Origin: the human T2T-CHM13v2.0 reference genome, Homo sapiens
Length of the DNA: 64,000 bases
Assembly: GCF_009914755.1 (NCBI RefSeq)
Contig: NC_060939.1
Reading direction: 5' to 3' (one strand)
The position numbers were made by a program, and so were the translations under genes. Shown here in pieces: positions 13,440 to 27,142 of the stretch. The notes below the pieces were generated by a model. The model made no database searches, had not been told where the DNA came from, and worked only from the letters and a program-made list of their open reading frames with translations. The stretch's first letter is position 1. The number at the start of each line of letters is the position of its first letter.

Positions 13440-15560
13440 TGTTAAGCACAAAAAATTTAAAAAGAAGGTAAATAAATCACATATTCAACTGAATCAAAAA
13501 AATACAATGAATGGAATGTAAGGAAAGTAGAAGAAAGAAGATAATACAGATAAAAGCAGAAATTAATGAATTAAAAGAGCAGTAAATATTGGTTAATCTG
13601 GAATGGACTTTGAAAAGCCCAATAAGGCTAGTTTCTTGAGGATAGTTTCTTGAAAAGATCTCTGTTACTGAGAAGAAAGGACAGAAAAACCTATATACAA
13701 ATTTTTAAAAATTTCACATCTATAAAAAGAATCAGTAGACCATTTATAAGGAAATATCATTTCATTTCACTGGTAATAAAGTTGAACATTTTGTTAAAAT
13801 AAGTGGTTTTCTACTAAGTACTATACATACAAACTTTTTGTCCAAAAACTCTGGCAGGAATTTGAAAATTTGTCAAAATACAGCTGCTTCTAATGTCCAC
13901 CTTATGTCCAACCAAAGGCACATCACTTAATTGCATGTAAGAGTTTCACACATCAAGGAATAGTTACTTCTTATACTAATTTCAAGGTTGAAAAAAAATA
14001 GAAAATTACAATTATTATCATGAGGTGGCACACGCTAAAAACAAAGTAAATTTCTCTCGGACTTGAGTATAGATGGAAAATCAACTTTTCCATAACTACA
14101 GAATGCCAGGGCAGTATCATATCAAGTGACTAACATCCATGCTAAAATGGGGTTTATCCTATAAGTATGAGGATCATTCAATGTGAAGAAACCTACTAAT
14201 ATGCTACCTCATCAATATATCAAAGAAGAAACACCATCTATTCATCTAAAAATCTGCCAAAAGGCATCTGGTAGAGTTCAACATAGATTTGGAATAAAAT
14301 GTATTTTATTCCAATAAAATATATGCAAATTGAATGACATTTCTTTAGCATGATAAATACTATATTCTGGTAAAATAAGCCACCAATATTATGCCTAACT
14401 GTAATTCACTAAAGATATTCTCATTAAAGCTAGGAAAGGGACAGAGCGAGACTCCGTCTAAAAAAAAAAAAAAAAAAAAGCTAGGGAAAGGAATTCCAAC
14501 TATTCCCATCATTGTGTGTAATGTTGTTTTCAAATGCTAACAAATACAACACAATAAAAAATTATATCTGTAAACATATAATACAGATAATATATGTAAT
14601 TAAATATATATAATGAAAAACATAATTATCATTTGCAGATAATATATCTGGCTGGAAAACTGAAAATAATTAACTAAAAAAAATGAATTACAGGAATTGA
14701 TAAAAGAAGCTCTAAAATTACTAGTTACACAGTTAACATAATGAAATAAACACTTTTGCCTATAGATAACCACATCAGTTAGACTCTAACGTTAAAAAAT
14801 ATCCCATTTACTATAAGACTAATATTATAAAATGTCTAGAAATTCTTGTATCAATAAGCACTTACAAAATTACAAAGTATTTTTCTGACACTTAAAAGAA
14901 CTTGAATAAATAGTGAAACATGGAATGCTTTAATCCAAAAATTAATTGTTAAATGTCAATTATTCACAAGTTAATACATAAAGACAATGCAATTCTAATT
15001 AAAACCCCAACATAAATTATCTGGAGATTGGCTATTTGACAAAATATTCTAAATTTCACCAAAGACACTTATTGTTAGAATAGATAGAATTTTTTTAAGT
15101 GAAAAATTTGAGGACTATAAAAGTTCAATTTCTTTAGTTCTAAAAACTGAAAATGACAATTATATAATATATATATGTATAAGCATGTGAGCATATATAT
15201 GCTATTCATTGGCTTATACATTGGTGTGTTTATGTCTGTGTATGTATACATTTATTATATGTATTTATTGGTAGGCATAAACCTTGGTATGATTTTTATG
15301 GGAGGCATCTCGTGTACCCATTGGTGCAGCATTTCCTTCTCCAGGAATTTGTCCTAAGAAAATAATCATGAACATTTATAACGCAATAGCTAAAAATATA
15401 TTCATCCTAGTGTAGTTTATAGCAAGTCAAAATTAGAAAGAAAAAATCTAAGTCTTCAAAGGTTGAGTATTTTATAAAATCCGGATACATTCATAAAGTA
15501 AATATTATGCAAACATTAAAACCAATATATAATAATATTTAATGAAAAGGATATTCTCAT
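13440..15560 (+). mobile_element. Old L1 (L1ME/L1M5-type) ORF2 and 3' remnant
   Basis: A-rich decayed ORF2 motifs: ATAAAAGCAGAAATTAATGAA, ATGGGGTTTATCC, TTATCATTTGCAGATAATAT, TTGACAAAATATTCTAAATTTCA. Confidence 0.75.
14440..14479 (+). mobile_element. Extremely 5'-truncated Alu (last 20 nt plus A20)
   Basis: GACAGAGCGAGACTCCGTCT + A20, flanked by TSD AAAGCTAGG(G)AAAGG at a TT/AAAG site. Confidence 0.9.
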
Positions 15561-16498
15561 AAGGAGTACGAAAAGTAGCTTATGAGTGAAGAGGCTAAGG
15601 AAAGACTGATTTTTAGGAGTATGCATTTTCCAGATGACTTACAAGCGCCCTAATCCTATGCAAACCACATGATTTTAAGGAATGTTACTACATCTAACAA
15701 GGGCTTTAAATGACCTCCTTTACAGTCCATGGTAGCTTCCTCACAGGAAGTTCTGATCTTACTCTCAGCTAAGTCCTTGTAGCTCACTGTGCTGTGGCTG
15801 CATTTATTTGCCTTCTAAATGCATCAGGATAATGAGGATTTGAGCTGATAAGCAATAGCCAGGATGTGATGGGGATGAAGATTTGAGAAAGCTAGGAAAA
15901 GCAGAATCGAAACAAATTGACCAAATGTATAACACTGGGAAGGGAGAAAGGCTGAAGAGTTTCAAGTTTCTGACAAGCATTACACCACAGGGTCACAGTC
16001 CTGAGCTTTACCATCCCCTTCTCCAGCCTCCCTTACCAACTCAAAAGCAGCCCTCACCCTGCCTGCCTTAAACCCTGCACTAACTAAGCCACCAGATACA
16101 TCCAGCAACTGAGGCAGGAGCTCCTATCTGGTGGGCAGGTGAGCTGAGATGAAGCAGGGATGTCATTACATAGTTGGGGTCCCAATTTGGGATTTTGAAT
16201 CCATTTGTCCATAAATTTTTTTTTACCCCTATTTATTTTTTGAGAACAACTGGTAAATATTTCTGTCGTATGATGTTGTGTTCTAAGTGAGATTTTTGGC
16301 CGTCATTATCGTGCATATGCAAACCCCACAGCCTTGGGGAAAAATCCAGAATTCTACGTATTGACGGGCTTACCTGTGGTGAACTGGGGGTTATTTGATT
16401 TGTAGTATTTTTAAACATAAAAGCATAATATTTAAATCTTGGGGCACCATAGTAAGACCAAATTGCTGTTATATCCAGAGAGTAAAATTCACAGCCGA

Positions 16499-16721
16499 TT
16501 ATACATACATATATAATTTTCATTTTAATTTTTAGAACTAAGGAAATTGAACTTTTGTAGCTCTCAACTTTTCACTTGAGAAAAAGTTCTGTCTATTCTA
16601 ACAACTAGTGTTTTGGGTGAAATTTAGAATATTTTGTCAAAGAGCCTATCTTCAAATAAATCATTTTAGGGTTTTAATTGGAGTTGCATTGTCTTTATAT
16701 ATTAACTTGTGAATAATTGAC
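16499..16721 (-). repeat. Inverted duplicate of 14955-15182
   Basis: Manual alignment of the reverse complement gives about 85-87% identity over ~225 bp. Confidence 0.93.
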
Positions 16722-16759
16722 GTAATAATGTAGAAAGTAATTCATCAAGATGAAATGAA

Positions 16760-17100
16760 ACTTATACCTTTAAAATGTACCTTAATGTTGACCCAATCAT
16801 ATTATTCTAAGTAAAGGGAAATCTAACATTCCTTAAAAGGTTAATAAACAAAAGTGTTTTCTTCAAAAAATGAGCAAACAAACAAAAACTTAGAAGTCCA
16901 ATAATTGAGGATTACTTAAGTAAACCATGTAGTAGTCTATATTGAAGTATTATGCAGCTGTCACAAATATTTGAGTGTCTATATTATCAGGGGATTTATG
17001 CTACAGCACTCCACATAATATGTAAAAGTATACATATTTTATAATATCAACTTTAGAAAAATATTTCTGGGAAACATAATCGCAAGAATTTTAACAAAAT
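16760..17100 (+). mobile_element. L1ME-type 3' fragment
   Basis: TTGACCCAATC.., AAGTCCAATAATTGAGGATTACTTAAGTAAACCATG..GAAGTATTATGCAGCTG. Confidence 0.55.
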
Positions 17101-17224
17101 ATTTTTATTTTGTGTGTGTGGGGGTGTCAAATCTCAACTCCCCCACTGATAACTTGATAATCTGTATATAAAGCTGAATTTACCATCTGGCAAAGAGTTA
17201 GTGCTCAATAAAACCTGCTGAGTG

Positions 17225-17430
17225 CTGTCATGCCAGGCACTGGACACACACCTTTTAGTCCTCTTTGGCATCCTACAATATAAGCACTCTTAGTACCTCC
17301 ATTTTGCAAAGGACGTCGTGAGTTCTGAAAGGGCTAAGTAATTTTCCTGGAAACTCATCAATATTGAGGGACAGAGCTGAGGCTAAACCTGGGTCAGTTC
17401 ATATCTAACTCCCGGTGCCTCTTACCCCAT
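17225..17430 (-). mobile_element. MIR
   Basis: TGCCAGGCACTG...CTCCATTTTGCAAAG...GGCTAAGTAATTTTCC...ACAGAGCTGAGG. Confidence 0.65.
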
Positions 17431-19009
17431 ATGGTGCTCCAAAATAAGGGTACGTTTTCTTTTATAGGTGGCTTTTATTTTTATTGTTGAAAATTTTGTG
17501 TGCTTTCCAAATTTTCTAAAACAGGTACCTATTGCTCTATTGCTTCTAAAATCAGAAGAAAATCTTTGTTTTTGTGTTTGTTTAAGAAAGACCATTAAGG
17601 AAGTAACATAAAAGGCAGGTTGAGGGTGGAGAAGAAAAATTATGTTGTTAAGTGTAAGCTCTCAGCTTCCCTCACAATTTAGCTTTGGAGAGCAATGCAT
17701 TTCTAAATGTTTCAGAGATGCATACAGATTTAAAATTTTCCTATCCAATTTCTGTAAGAGTGATAATTTAAATTAGTATGTGATTGTGATACATTTTGTC
17801 TTGAAAATATGGCCATTAGGCAATGGTCTGGTTAAAGTTATATCTTTAAAATGTCCCATCCATTTGCTTTCATTAAGGCTGCATAAAGGTTTGCATGTTC
17901 TGTTTTATTTGCTTTATTTGGATGCCTAGTGCGTCTTTTGTGGTCTTGGACTTGGCCCCAACTGAGGAGGAAGTGCAGCTGGATGGGGACGGAAAGTCAG
18001 AGCCCTGGATGCTCCTCCCAGCCGCCCACTTAACCTCTTGATGCCTCATTATTTCCCCCTAGAAAATACTTTCACTATTTGTCCTTGAATTAAGCAATGA
18101 AGAAGACAACTTTCTACACTTAGAGTAAATGCAAACAATTACTTTTCTGGGTCCTCACTGATTTTTCCATTTATCTGCTTCACCTCTCCTCTCTTTCCTT
18201 TCTGTTTTCTTCTCTCTCTTTCTCTCTTTCCTTTTCTTTCCCTTTAATTCTGGCCCCAAAGTATGGGCTTGGCCAGAGGAAATACTCAGAATGAAGGATT
18301 GCATCTTCCGACCAGAAGCAGGTGCTGAGGATGGATATGACATCAAAACAGAAGGTCTATTTTCTTTCTTTCTTTCCACTGTTCATGTTTACAGAGCCCT
18401 CCCTTTACAAGGCAAATGTTACCTTTGATGTGTTACTCTATTAGTTCTCATGCTTAAGGGATGCTAATAAATCAAAGACATTTGCGTATTCATGAATGCA
18501 CTCCTGCAATTTCCAAAGTACCCTCTCAATGGTCTTGAAAAGCTCAAGCTCACTGGTTAGGCTGTTGTAAACATGCCTTGTCCCAACCCCATGCCAGGCC
18601 TTGCCCTCCCAGATGCTGGACCCTGTTAAGAGCAGTGGTCCTGCCTATTACGTGACTCTGAGGCTCCTTTTGTAATCCCCATAAACTGGATGGAAGAGCC
18701 ATAGGGCTACCATCAGCCCTGCAGAGACAGTGGAGCAGAGGAGTCTCATTACGGAAATTAAGGCCTGCAAGAGACCCAGGTTGCAAGTGAGGCACCTTGA
18801 GAGTCATCCAAGGATCTCTGGGCTGGAAAAATGGAAATACACTAACATTAATTAGCCTGCTGCACCAGAAGAGAATAATTTAAATGCAAAAGATAATCTC
18901 ACTGCCCTTTTGATGTGAAAAAGTTGTCCTAGATTGTAACTTTGATTTCCACGTCAGCAGCCTGTGTGCTCATACATTAACAGCAGCCTGGAAGATTGAA
19001 AAAGCAGGG

Positions 19010-19165
19010 GTGGGTATCGATTCTGAACAGTGGACCTGCCGCTTGCTGTGTGATCTTAGGCAATGGACTGCTCCTCCCTAATTCTCTGTTTATAGTCTTA
19101 TTCACTTTAGAGTGGTGAAAGAACACTTATTTTAATGAGATGCTGTGAGAATTAAGTACATTGAA
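19010..19165 (+). mobile_element. MIR
   Basis: GCTGTGTGATCTTAGGCAA...GCTGTGAGAATTAA. Confidence 0.6.
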
Positions 19166-20351
19166 ACTCTCTATGACGTGAGAAAAGCTGCAGGCGCAGA
19201 ATATCCTGCAGAAATAAATAGCTGGTTATTTGCTGTGTATGTGCCAGGCAAATGTGCACACATAATTTTTTTTTTCTTTACCAAGTCTTTCTCATCTTGG
19301 TATTGCCATTGAGTCAACTCTGCTGGGTGTTATTAAAAGACTCCCCAACACAATAGCAAGGGATGGTCAACAAAGGAAAGCACACACTGCAGCGAAAGCT
19401 ATTGAGAAATGTACATTCACCCTCCCACATCCTTGACCTCTAGAATCAGATCAGTAACTTCTCCCCTCTTCATTTCCCCTTCCTGTGTCCACAGTGAAGG
19501 GAAGTTGGTTGCGACCTTTTGCAGATAATGTGACACAGGGTACACAAGAGCGGAAGGGAGAAAAGCATTTCAACAAAAGCCTGGAACTTCAGTTTAGGTA
19601 AATTCAGGAAGGCGTGAGATAGGAAATGGCAGCAACCTTGCCAGGAACTAAAGGAAAAGGGTTCTGGCATCAGCCCCGGAGCAAAATGTTAGGTCATCTA
19701 TAATAAGGGTTGGGTGAAAAACCTTCAACTCAAAATGAAAGATACAATGACACAAAGAAACTTATCAAGGCAACCTTTGAAAGCAGTTAAGAAACCAATT
19801 CTTCTTTTTTAAAGAAAGTCCGCAGACAAAAGAGATTCCCTGATCAGCGTGTGTCAAGTTCCATGTAGAATAAACTTTCTTCACAATCTCAAGAGCCAAG
19901 TTTCTGTGCCAATTTTTTTTCCTATTTATGAGGAAAAGGAGAGGAAACAGAAACTTAAAAATGAAACAGTAGATTAAACTCACCTTTCCCCAATTAGGTA
20001 GCTTTAATAAGTGGTTTCTATTTTTTATCAAATTTCATTCCATTTCACTCTTCATAATAACTATAAATGACACAGACGAGACACAGTTGGTATCGACAAA
20101 AGAATCGGTTCACGTATAAAATGAGAAAAGAAAAATGTCCCATTCCACTTTAAAATTACAAGATGAAAGAGCACATTCCAGGGAGAAGGAATGTATTTTT
20201 TCTCAAGAGTTAACATTTAGTTCTCCTGGCACTAGAAATGCTGAACTTCTGAGAAAGATGTTAACAATGAAATCAGAGCTGTATCATGGGGGGAAAGGAT
20301 AGGCTAATTTCAGAGATTCTGCAATTGTAAAGATTGTTTCTTTGGGCTTCA

Positions 20352-20688
20352 ATTAATTAAATATTTGTCCCCCTAAAATTAATATGTTGAAATCCCAACG
20401 CCCTTCTACAAATGTGATGGTATTACGAGGTGGGCTCTGTCATGATGGCAGAGTGCTCATGAGTGGGATTAGTGCTCTTATATAAGGGACCCTAGAGAGG
20501 GCTGTCTCTCTCCACCATGTGAAGATATAAGTCAGCAGTCGGTAACCTAGAAGAGGGCCCTCATCAGAACCTGATCATGCTGGCCCCCTGGTCTTGGACT
20601 TTTGGCCTGAGAATTGTGAGAAATAAATGTCTATTGTTTATAAGCCTCCAAGTCTAAGCTGGGAGCTAAAACAGCCTGAGCTAAGATA
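20352..20688 (+). mobile_element. MLT1A-type MaLR solo LTR
   Basis: TTTGTCCCCCTAAAATTAATATGTTGAAATCC..TGGGATTAGTGCTCTTATA..TGTGAGAAATAAATG..GCTAAGATA. Confidence 0.85.
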
Positions 20689-21959
20689 CCTGCTTCTAAA
20701 GCCTGACTCACAATTCTGTATTAAGTTCCAGACTCTTTTCCAACCACTCATTTCCAAATGGACCAGTCATTTTTGCACAAATGTTATACAGACCTGAATG
20801 CCTTAGAAGAAACCCCTTCTTGATAATAGGTAATGTTCTGGTTTCCACTCCAACACCTTAAATGACAGCATTTTGGTAACTCCAGTTCTTCTTGTCAAGG
20901 GGTCAAAAAGTAAGATGCCAGTAGTTCACAGTGGGAAGGTTCTTAGTTTAACATGTTAGAAGAGAGAAGAAGAAAAAGTCCTTTTCCTTAATAATCTTCA
21001 CAGTTAGATGGTAAAGTAAGTGGAAATGATCTGCACTTGGTTGCAGTGAATAACTAACTGTCTTCCACCAGGGTTGATAGGGAGGATCATTAACCATCAG
21101 AGAAATTGCTAACTGCCCTGGAACACAGCACATTCTTGGGTGAAAAGTCACTTGAATGTCTGTTGGAGCCATCACTATGGATTGCCGGCTATTCTGACTT
21201 GGAGTTTGAGGCTGACATCTGAAACCACAGGTTGTCTTATTCATTGTTTCTTCATGTTTTTCCAGGGGTTATTTAAGCCTCTCAAATGTGAATTTCACAC
21301 ATGTTGCTTGGGCTCCACCCAATCATCATCTCATGATTTGATACAAAACCCATTTTTTAAATGTTTCCTTTATATAGAACATAAGGTATCACCTACCCAT
21401 ATATCCAGTCATGACCTGCACTGTTTTTAATTTAGGCTTCATGTTAAAACTTCCAGCTAGATGCTGTTATCTTCAGTTTAAGGGTAATACTAATTTTGAC
21501 CCAGGAGAATTTAAAAAACTTGTTCAACTTTATTTCACCAATAAGTGACATCTGAAATTTGAGCCTATGTGTTTCTGTTTCCCAAGCCTGTATTCTTCTG
21601 CCTTTCCACTATAGCCTTGTAACTTACAAACTTCCCTTCAATCATAAATGTCTATTCCCTTAAAGCAATGCCTTTTTATTATATAGAATAACAACGTCTC
21701 AATAGTCAAAGATGCCTTCTCATAATTTGGTTCCAAATTTGTTCCAAGAAGAATCCGCATGCCTCTTGTCTGTCCCTTCAGGTCCAGGGGAAGCAATGCA
21801 TCCACTGTTCAGCACCACCCCTCACCCATCACCATCACTGCCAATACCTACCCTAAGGTTCTCTTTCCTATTGAGCCACTTGATTTATGCTTAACACTAT
21901 ACTAATTACTAAAGTAGTTGATGAGTCCCACCTTGTAAACTGTTAAAGTCTAAAGATTA

Positions 21960-22247
<288 letters not shown>

Positions 22248-23869
22248 TCACTGTAAACATTGTTAATAGAAAATTTTAAAAGAAAAAATAAAAGTTCCAA
22301 AAGGTTCAAGATATATGTGACTTGATTATTTAGTCATTCAATGAGAGCTTTAGTCTTAGTTGTTGAAAATCTATGTGGATTTCTCTCTATTTGTAGTCAA
22401 ACCTGTCTATAGGTACATAGGATTTTTTGGGGGAAAGAAATCAAATAGTTATATATTTTAACTTCATTTAGGTGCCCCAATCTTAAGCAGATGAAATATA
22501 GAATTCCTGCTTTTCCCCAACCCCTGACTTCACATTAAATTCTTCTCAGCTGATGTGGTTTAAAGCTAAGTATGTTTTCTTTCTTTTATAGCTTAACATT
22601 ACACAGGAATTTCTCTAGTTCTTCCAACTTCATGCCACACATGGCATTCTGTCCTTATCAAAAATCAGATCATTTCTCTCAAAGAGAAAAAAAACTGGCA
22701 TCAAGGCAAACCCTGGAGATGAAAGCAAGGGTTAAGTTTACTTCCAATATTAGGGAATGATTCGGAAATAAATGTCGAGGTTAAAAAGTCCAGATGGCAA
22801 TTCAACTGTATCCTCACTATAAACATGATTTGATTTATGGGAACTACTAATGGTATCTCCGTTTAGATCTGGACAGCTTTGCTTTCTCTCATCTGAGTTT
22901 TAAATTCATCAGATTCTTTTACTCCCACTATCAATCCTTCACTACAAAGAGACACTCCTCATCCAGAATTTGGGAGTATCTTAAAATGCAGAAATTGATA
23001 AATGTTAACAACCCTAATCCATGCAAATTACTGTCTGTTGTCATTATTTATAACCTGGCAGATGTGCTTATTCAAAAGATCCTCAAAAAGCTTTGACAAT
23101 TCATGCTTCCAGTTGTGAAACATCTTTTGCTCTTCTTCCTTCTTTCATAAGGGATCCTACTGAATTCGTTTTCACTTTTTTTCTTTGCCTGACATTGCAA
23201 TTATTAGCTTTCTTGGCTTTGTCAGAAAAATCCATCGGAAATGTTTATCTCCTGGGGCAAATCTCAGGGAAACAGCATGTTTATCACTTCAAGGGGCTGT
23301 AATCCAAAGGCAGCCCCAGGCCCACCCGTTTTATAACATAGGGACTGGAGGAGGAAGCAGCCATGTAATTGAACAGCAGTGATACAATAAACTCCCGCCA
23401 TGAGCCTCACTGCCTCCCTGGCCTGTCTTTGTTCTCTAACCTACACTGATTAAATGTACAAGCTGAAATCATACTAATTTAATCTGTTATTTCCATTTAA
23501 CTTTGTTCAGTTCACAAAAGTATTGGCCTGCAGAGTTGACACTATTCAGAATTAGGCCACTTTCTTCCATAGCTAGAATCAGTGACTTTCATGTATTGGC
23601 CAACGTTGACTAACATCTAATTTAAATATCATACCAGGAAAGGGGATAGTTTGAATCAGAAGGATGGCTGGAATGACCAGATGCATTTTACTTTATGTTG
23701 CAAGGATAAACATAACCAAGGTATGTCTTCAATAACAGACACATAATTTTGTATCACTGTTCATATTCTTGTAAGACCTAGTCCTAATGTCATTTCCATT
23801 ATGAAACAGTCATTCCAGAACCTGCATGTACTGCTCCCTCCTCTGTGCTCCCAGTGGGATTTTGGATAC

Positions 23870-25025
23870 TCTTTGATTCACTCAATAGTCAACACAACTT
23901 ATTACACTTTTAGAAACTGTGTTACTTACAGCTTGAAATATAATCAGGACCAAGACACCCTCCATGAGCTCAAGGGAGAGAAGTAACAGCCAGTTGCAAT
24001 AAATCATCCATAAGCTCAAGATATACGGCCATGCAAGAAGGGCATCTTCTTTGTTGGGTTAAGGTCATGACCCAAGCAGAAATAGGGAAAAGGCAAAATA
24101 AAAAGATTTTATATCATTAGGAAATCGATAATCAATGCTTTCTCTTGTCAGAAGAACATATTTTTGAGGAAAACTACAGGTAGAACAAATTGGTTTAAAT
24201 ATAGAATTCAATGGTAAGAATAGAATTAAAAAATAGACTGGATAATTAAGCATAGGTCAGTACGTAAAGGATTAAGAATTTGTATTTTCTTACCAGGCCA
24301 ATGGAAGTTAAGACTTACAGGTGAGTCATTGTGGAGATCTGAATGCAGTGAAAGGTTAGGGGAATGGAGAAAAGTCTAGAGAGTCAGCAATTATCAGGAG
24401 ACAGAAGAAACGGAGACTGTTGACTACTTGGGTATGGGAGCCAGATACAAAGAAACACAAAGAAGAATACACAATTTCTGTACTGAGAAACTTCAAGGCA
24501 ATGGTATCTTTGGTTGATAGGGAACTCAGTATAAAGAACCTGTTCCAGGGAGAAAATATGGAGTCTGATTGTTTCAGTGTAGAGTTTAAGTTGCCTATGA
24601 AACATTCATTTGGAATGTCTAAGAAGGTGTATATTTCTATGGTGTGTTTACTTTCAGAATAGAAACAATTTTGTGCCAGTTGGAAAAAAAAACTATTATG
24701 ATTTGATAGAGGACTAAGAAGAAATACCAGAGAAGTAGGAGGAAACCCAGAGGGAGAATTCATTCCCACAGAAACCAAGGAAAAAGAACATTTCAAGAAA
24801 GACGTAAAGGCAAGAGTTACATTTCAAGGAAGTAAAGTAAACCGTGAGAATTGATAAAGCATCTATATAATTTTAATGAGTGAATAAGTCATTGGTGGAC
24901 TTAGTTGGAGCATTTTTAGGGGTGCATAGGGGCCCAAGACAAATTACAAAGATGTGAAGAGTGAGAAAGGAGAAAAAAGGAAACATGCTAAGTAGTTTTC
25001 TCAAAAAAATTAGATAAGGGAGATA
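23870..25025 (-). mobile_element. Degenerate L2 LINE
   Basis: Antisense L2 motifs, e.g. GTGTAGAGTTTAAGTTGCCTATGAAACATTC, GAAGTAGGAGGAAACCCAGAG, AGTCATTGGTGGACTTAG. Confidence 0.7.
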
Positions 25026-25784
25026 AGCATCTATATCATAGATCATGTTAGTTTCTTTGAATCTACAAGGTAGATTAGTCTTTTTTGCCTGCTTCCTCAA
25101 ACCACAACACTGGATTGAGCTTTTGTAGTCAGTTGAGTTTTTAATTTATTTGGAGAGTCTCAGTTTCTAACCTAGTGCCTGGACCTCTGTAATGGACTGT
25201 TAAGTCATTGAAAGATTGGGGAAGACATGATGAACACGTTTTCTGTTACTATTTTCCAGGGAAATACCAATTATTTTGATGGAAATTATTTGAAGGCATT
25301 GGAATACAAATCTGTGTGAAGTGAGTTAAATCTCCGCAAGGCCAAGATACACTGTGTTTAATTACACCTTCATGGAAACTCAATTATATCCTTCTTGCTG
25401 ATAGAAAACTGAATTCCTTAAAAATTAAATGAATTAAAATTTGTGTATGACAGGACTATTATACCCATAACAGTTCCACTGCAAGTACATGAGACTGTCA
25501 TGGCAATAACTGAAAAACTAAAGGAGATGTCTATGTAGACAGCTGCTCATTTACTGCCTGAGGCTCAGAATCAATCATAACTCCAGGTGAACTGAATCCC
25601 TCAGAGCACCAAGGGAAACCTGAGAAGCATTCCAGGAGACCTCCGTTTGACTGGCTTTTCGGATATATATAACACAGGCTGAAGTGTGCTGTCAAAACTC
25701 ATCATTTAAGTATTGTAAACTCCATTAAAATATTCCTTTAAAAGAGAAAGAGCTGCAGACTTGATACAGGAAGGATCTCTTCCA

Positions 25785-26005
25785 TGATTCTGGGATTTGG
25801 AGCTCAGGTGGTACAACGGTGATGAAGATGGAGATGTGGACGTGGCCAGTGTAAACATGGTGACTTAGCAGGGAGGACTGATGAGTGAGGAGAGAGCAGA
25901 TGTAATTGAAAGAGGAGAGGACTAGCCTCAGTACCCTGTGAAACATTAGCATTGACTACTGGGCAGGGAAGGAAGAAGCCTCGAAGGGACCTCAGAGGAG
26001 TGGTC
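25785..26005 (-). mobile_element. L2 fragment
   Basis: GGGATTTGGAGCTCAGG...CAGTACCCTGTGAAACATTAGCATT..GAGGAGTGGTC. Confidence 0.65.
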
Positions 26006-26187
26006 TCTATCCCACAGGAGTGTATACTTTCTTTCCAGTTCTCTTTGGATCTTTGACAAAGGAAAATAAAATCTATTGTTAAGCATTAACCATCTCTCAA
26101 GATATGTTTTCCAAAATTGTGTCTTTCCTTTAAAATATTCCCCAATGCCTTCTATTTATTTTTTTGGGAATTTTCTGTGAATACTTG

Positions 26188-26385
26188 ACCAACATTTATT
26201 GAGCACCTACTGTATAGGCCCTATCACAAGTAACAGTCACTTACACTTGCATTATCTCATATAATGTTCACTGTCAATGTAGATGGGAAATTGATGCCCA
26301 CACTGACAACGGTCCTGGATCACATAGCAGTAGGAAGACAGGACCAGAATTTGAACCTGTATTTTCTGAATCCTGTGATCTTTCC
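26188..26385 (-). mobile_element. MIR
   Basis: AACATTTATTGAGCACCTACTGT..CATTATCTCAT..CCAGAATTTGAACC. Confidence 0.75.
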
Positions 26386-27142
26386 ACGATGGTTGGTTGG
26401 TATGGCTATTTGATACATATATTGGTCATAAAATATATGTTCTTATATCCTTCTCAAAAGTTTAAGATTGATGGCTTGTGCAACCAGTCATGTTACTACA
26501 CAGTGATACTTGAGAGTATTGTAAAAGGCATCAAATATCTAACCCTCCCAACAGATGTCTCTCTGGCTTATGCAGAACCTGTATGACAAGGGACCAGAGA
26601 TATGTGTTGGGTGATTATCCTCTGAACTCAGTCTCTACAAATTTCAGTGTTTAGAAATACATGAGAAATATATGTCTTAAGCTGGGCTAATGGCACATAC
26701 ATGAAGTCATAGTCTAAATGTGACACATAAAGTTTGCTGTGTTTTGAAAAGTATGTTGACCGTCTTTTTGCATACTCTCTGACACTTGGGAGTTCAACAG
26801 CACACCAACCCCTTATATTTTGAAGTCTCCTATCAGAAAAAAAAGAATTTTTAATTGGCATCCCATGTTCATAGAACATGAGTTAACAAAGTAAGATTTC
26901 AGAAAGAAAAGAATAGGAGAGACTAAATGTTATCATTTAGAGCAAAGAGAAAAGCTCTTTTTCTTTAGGAATGTGTGGGTGGAGGAGAGGATTGTTAGCT
27001 ATCTGCTCTGTGATCCTGTGGCAATCTGATGAGTAATTTAGAAGCTTCAAGTGATTGACAAACCTTGTTGTATTCTTATTTTATATATTTATATGAATAA
27101 TGGCATACATGAAGATATTATATATTAACCTTATCTTAAAGC

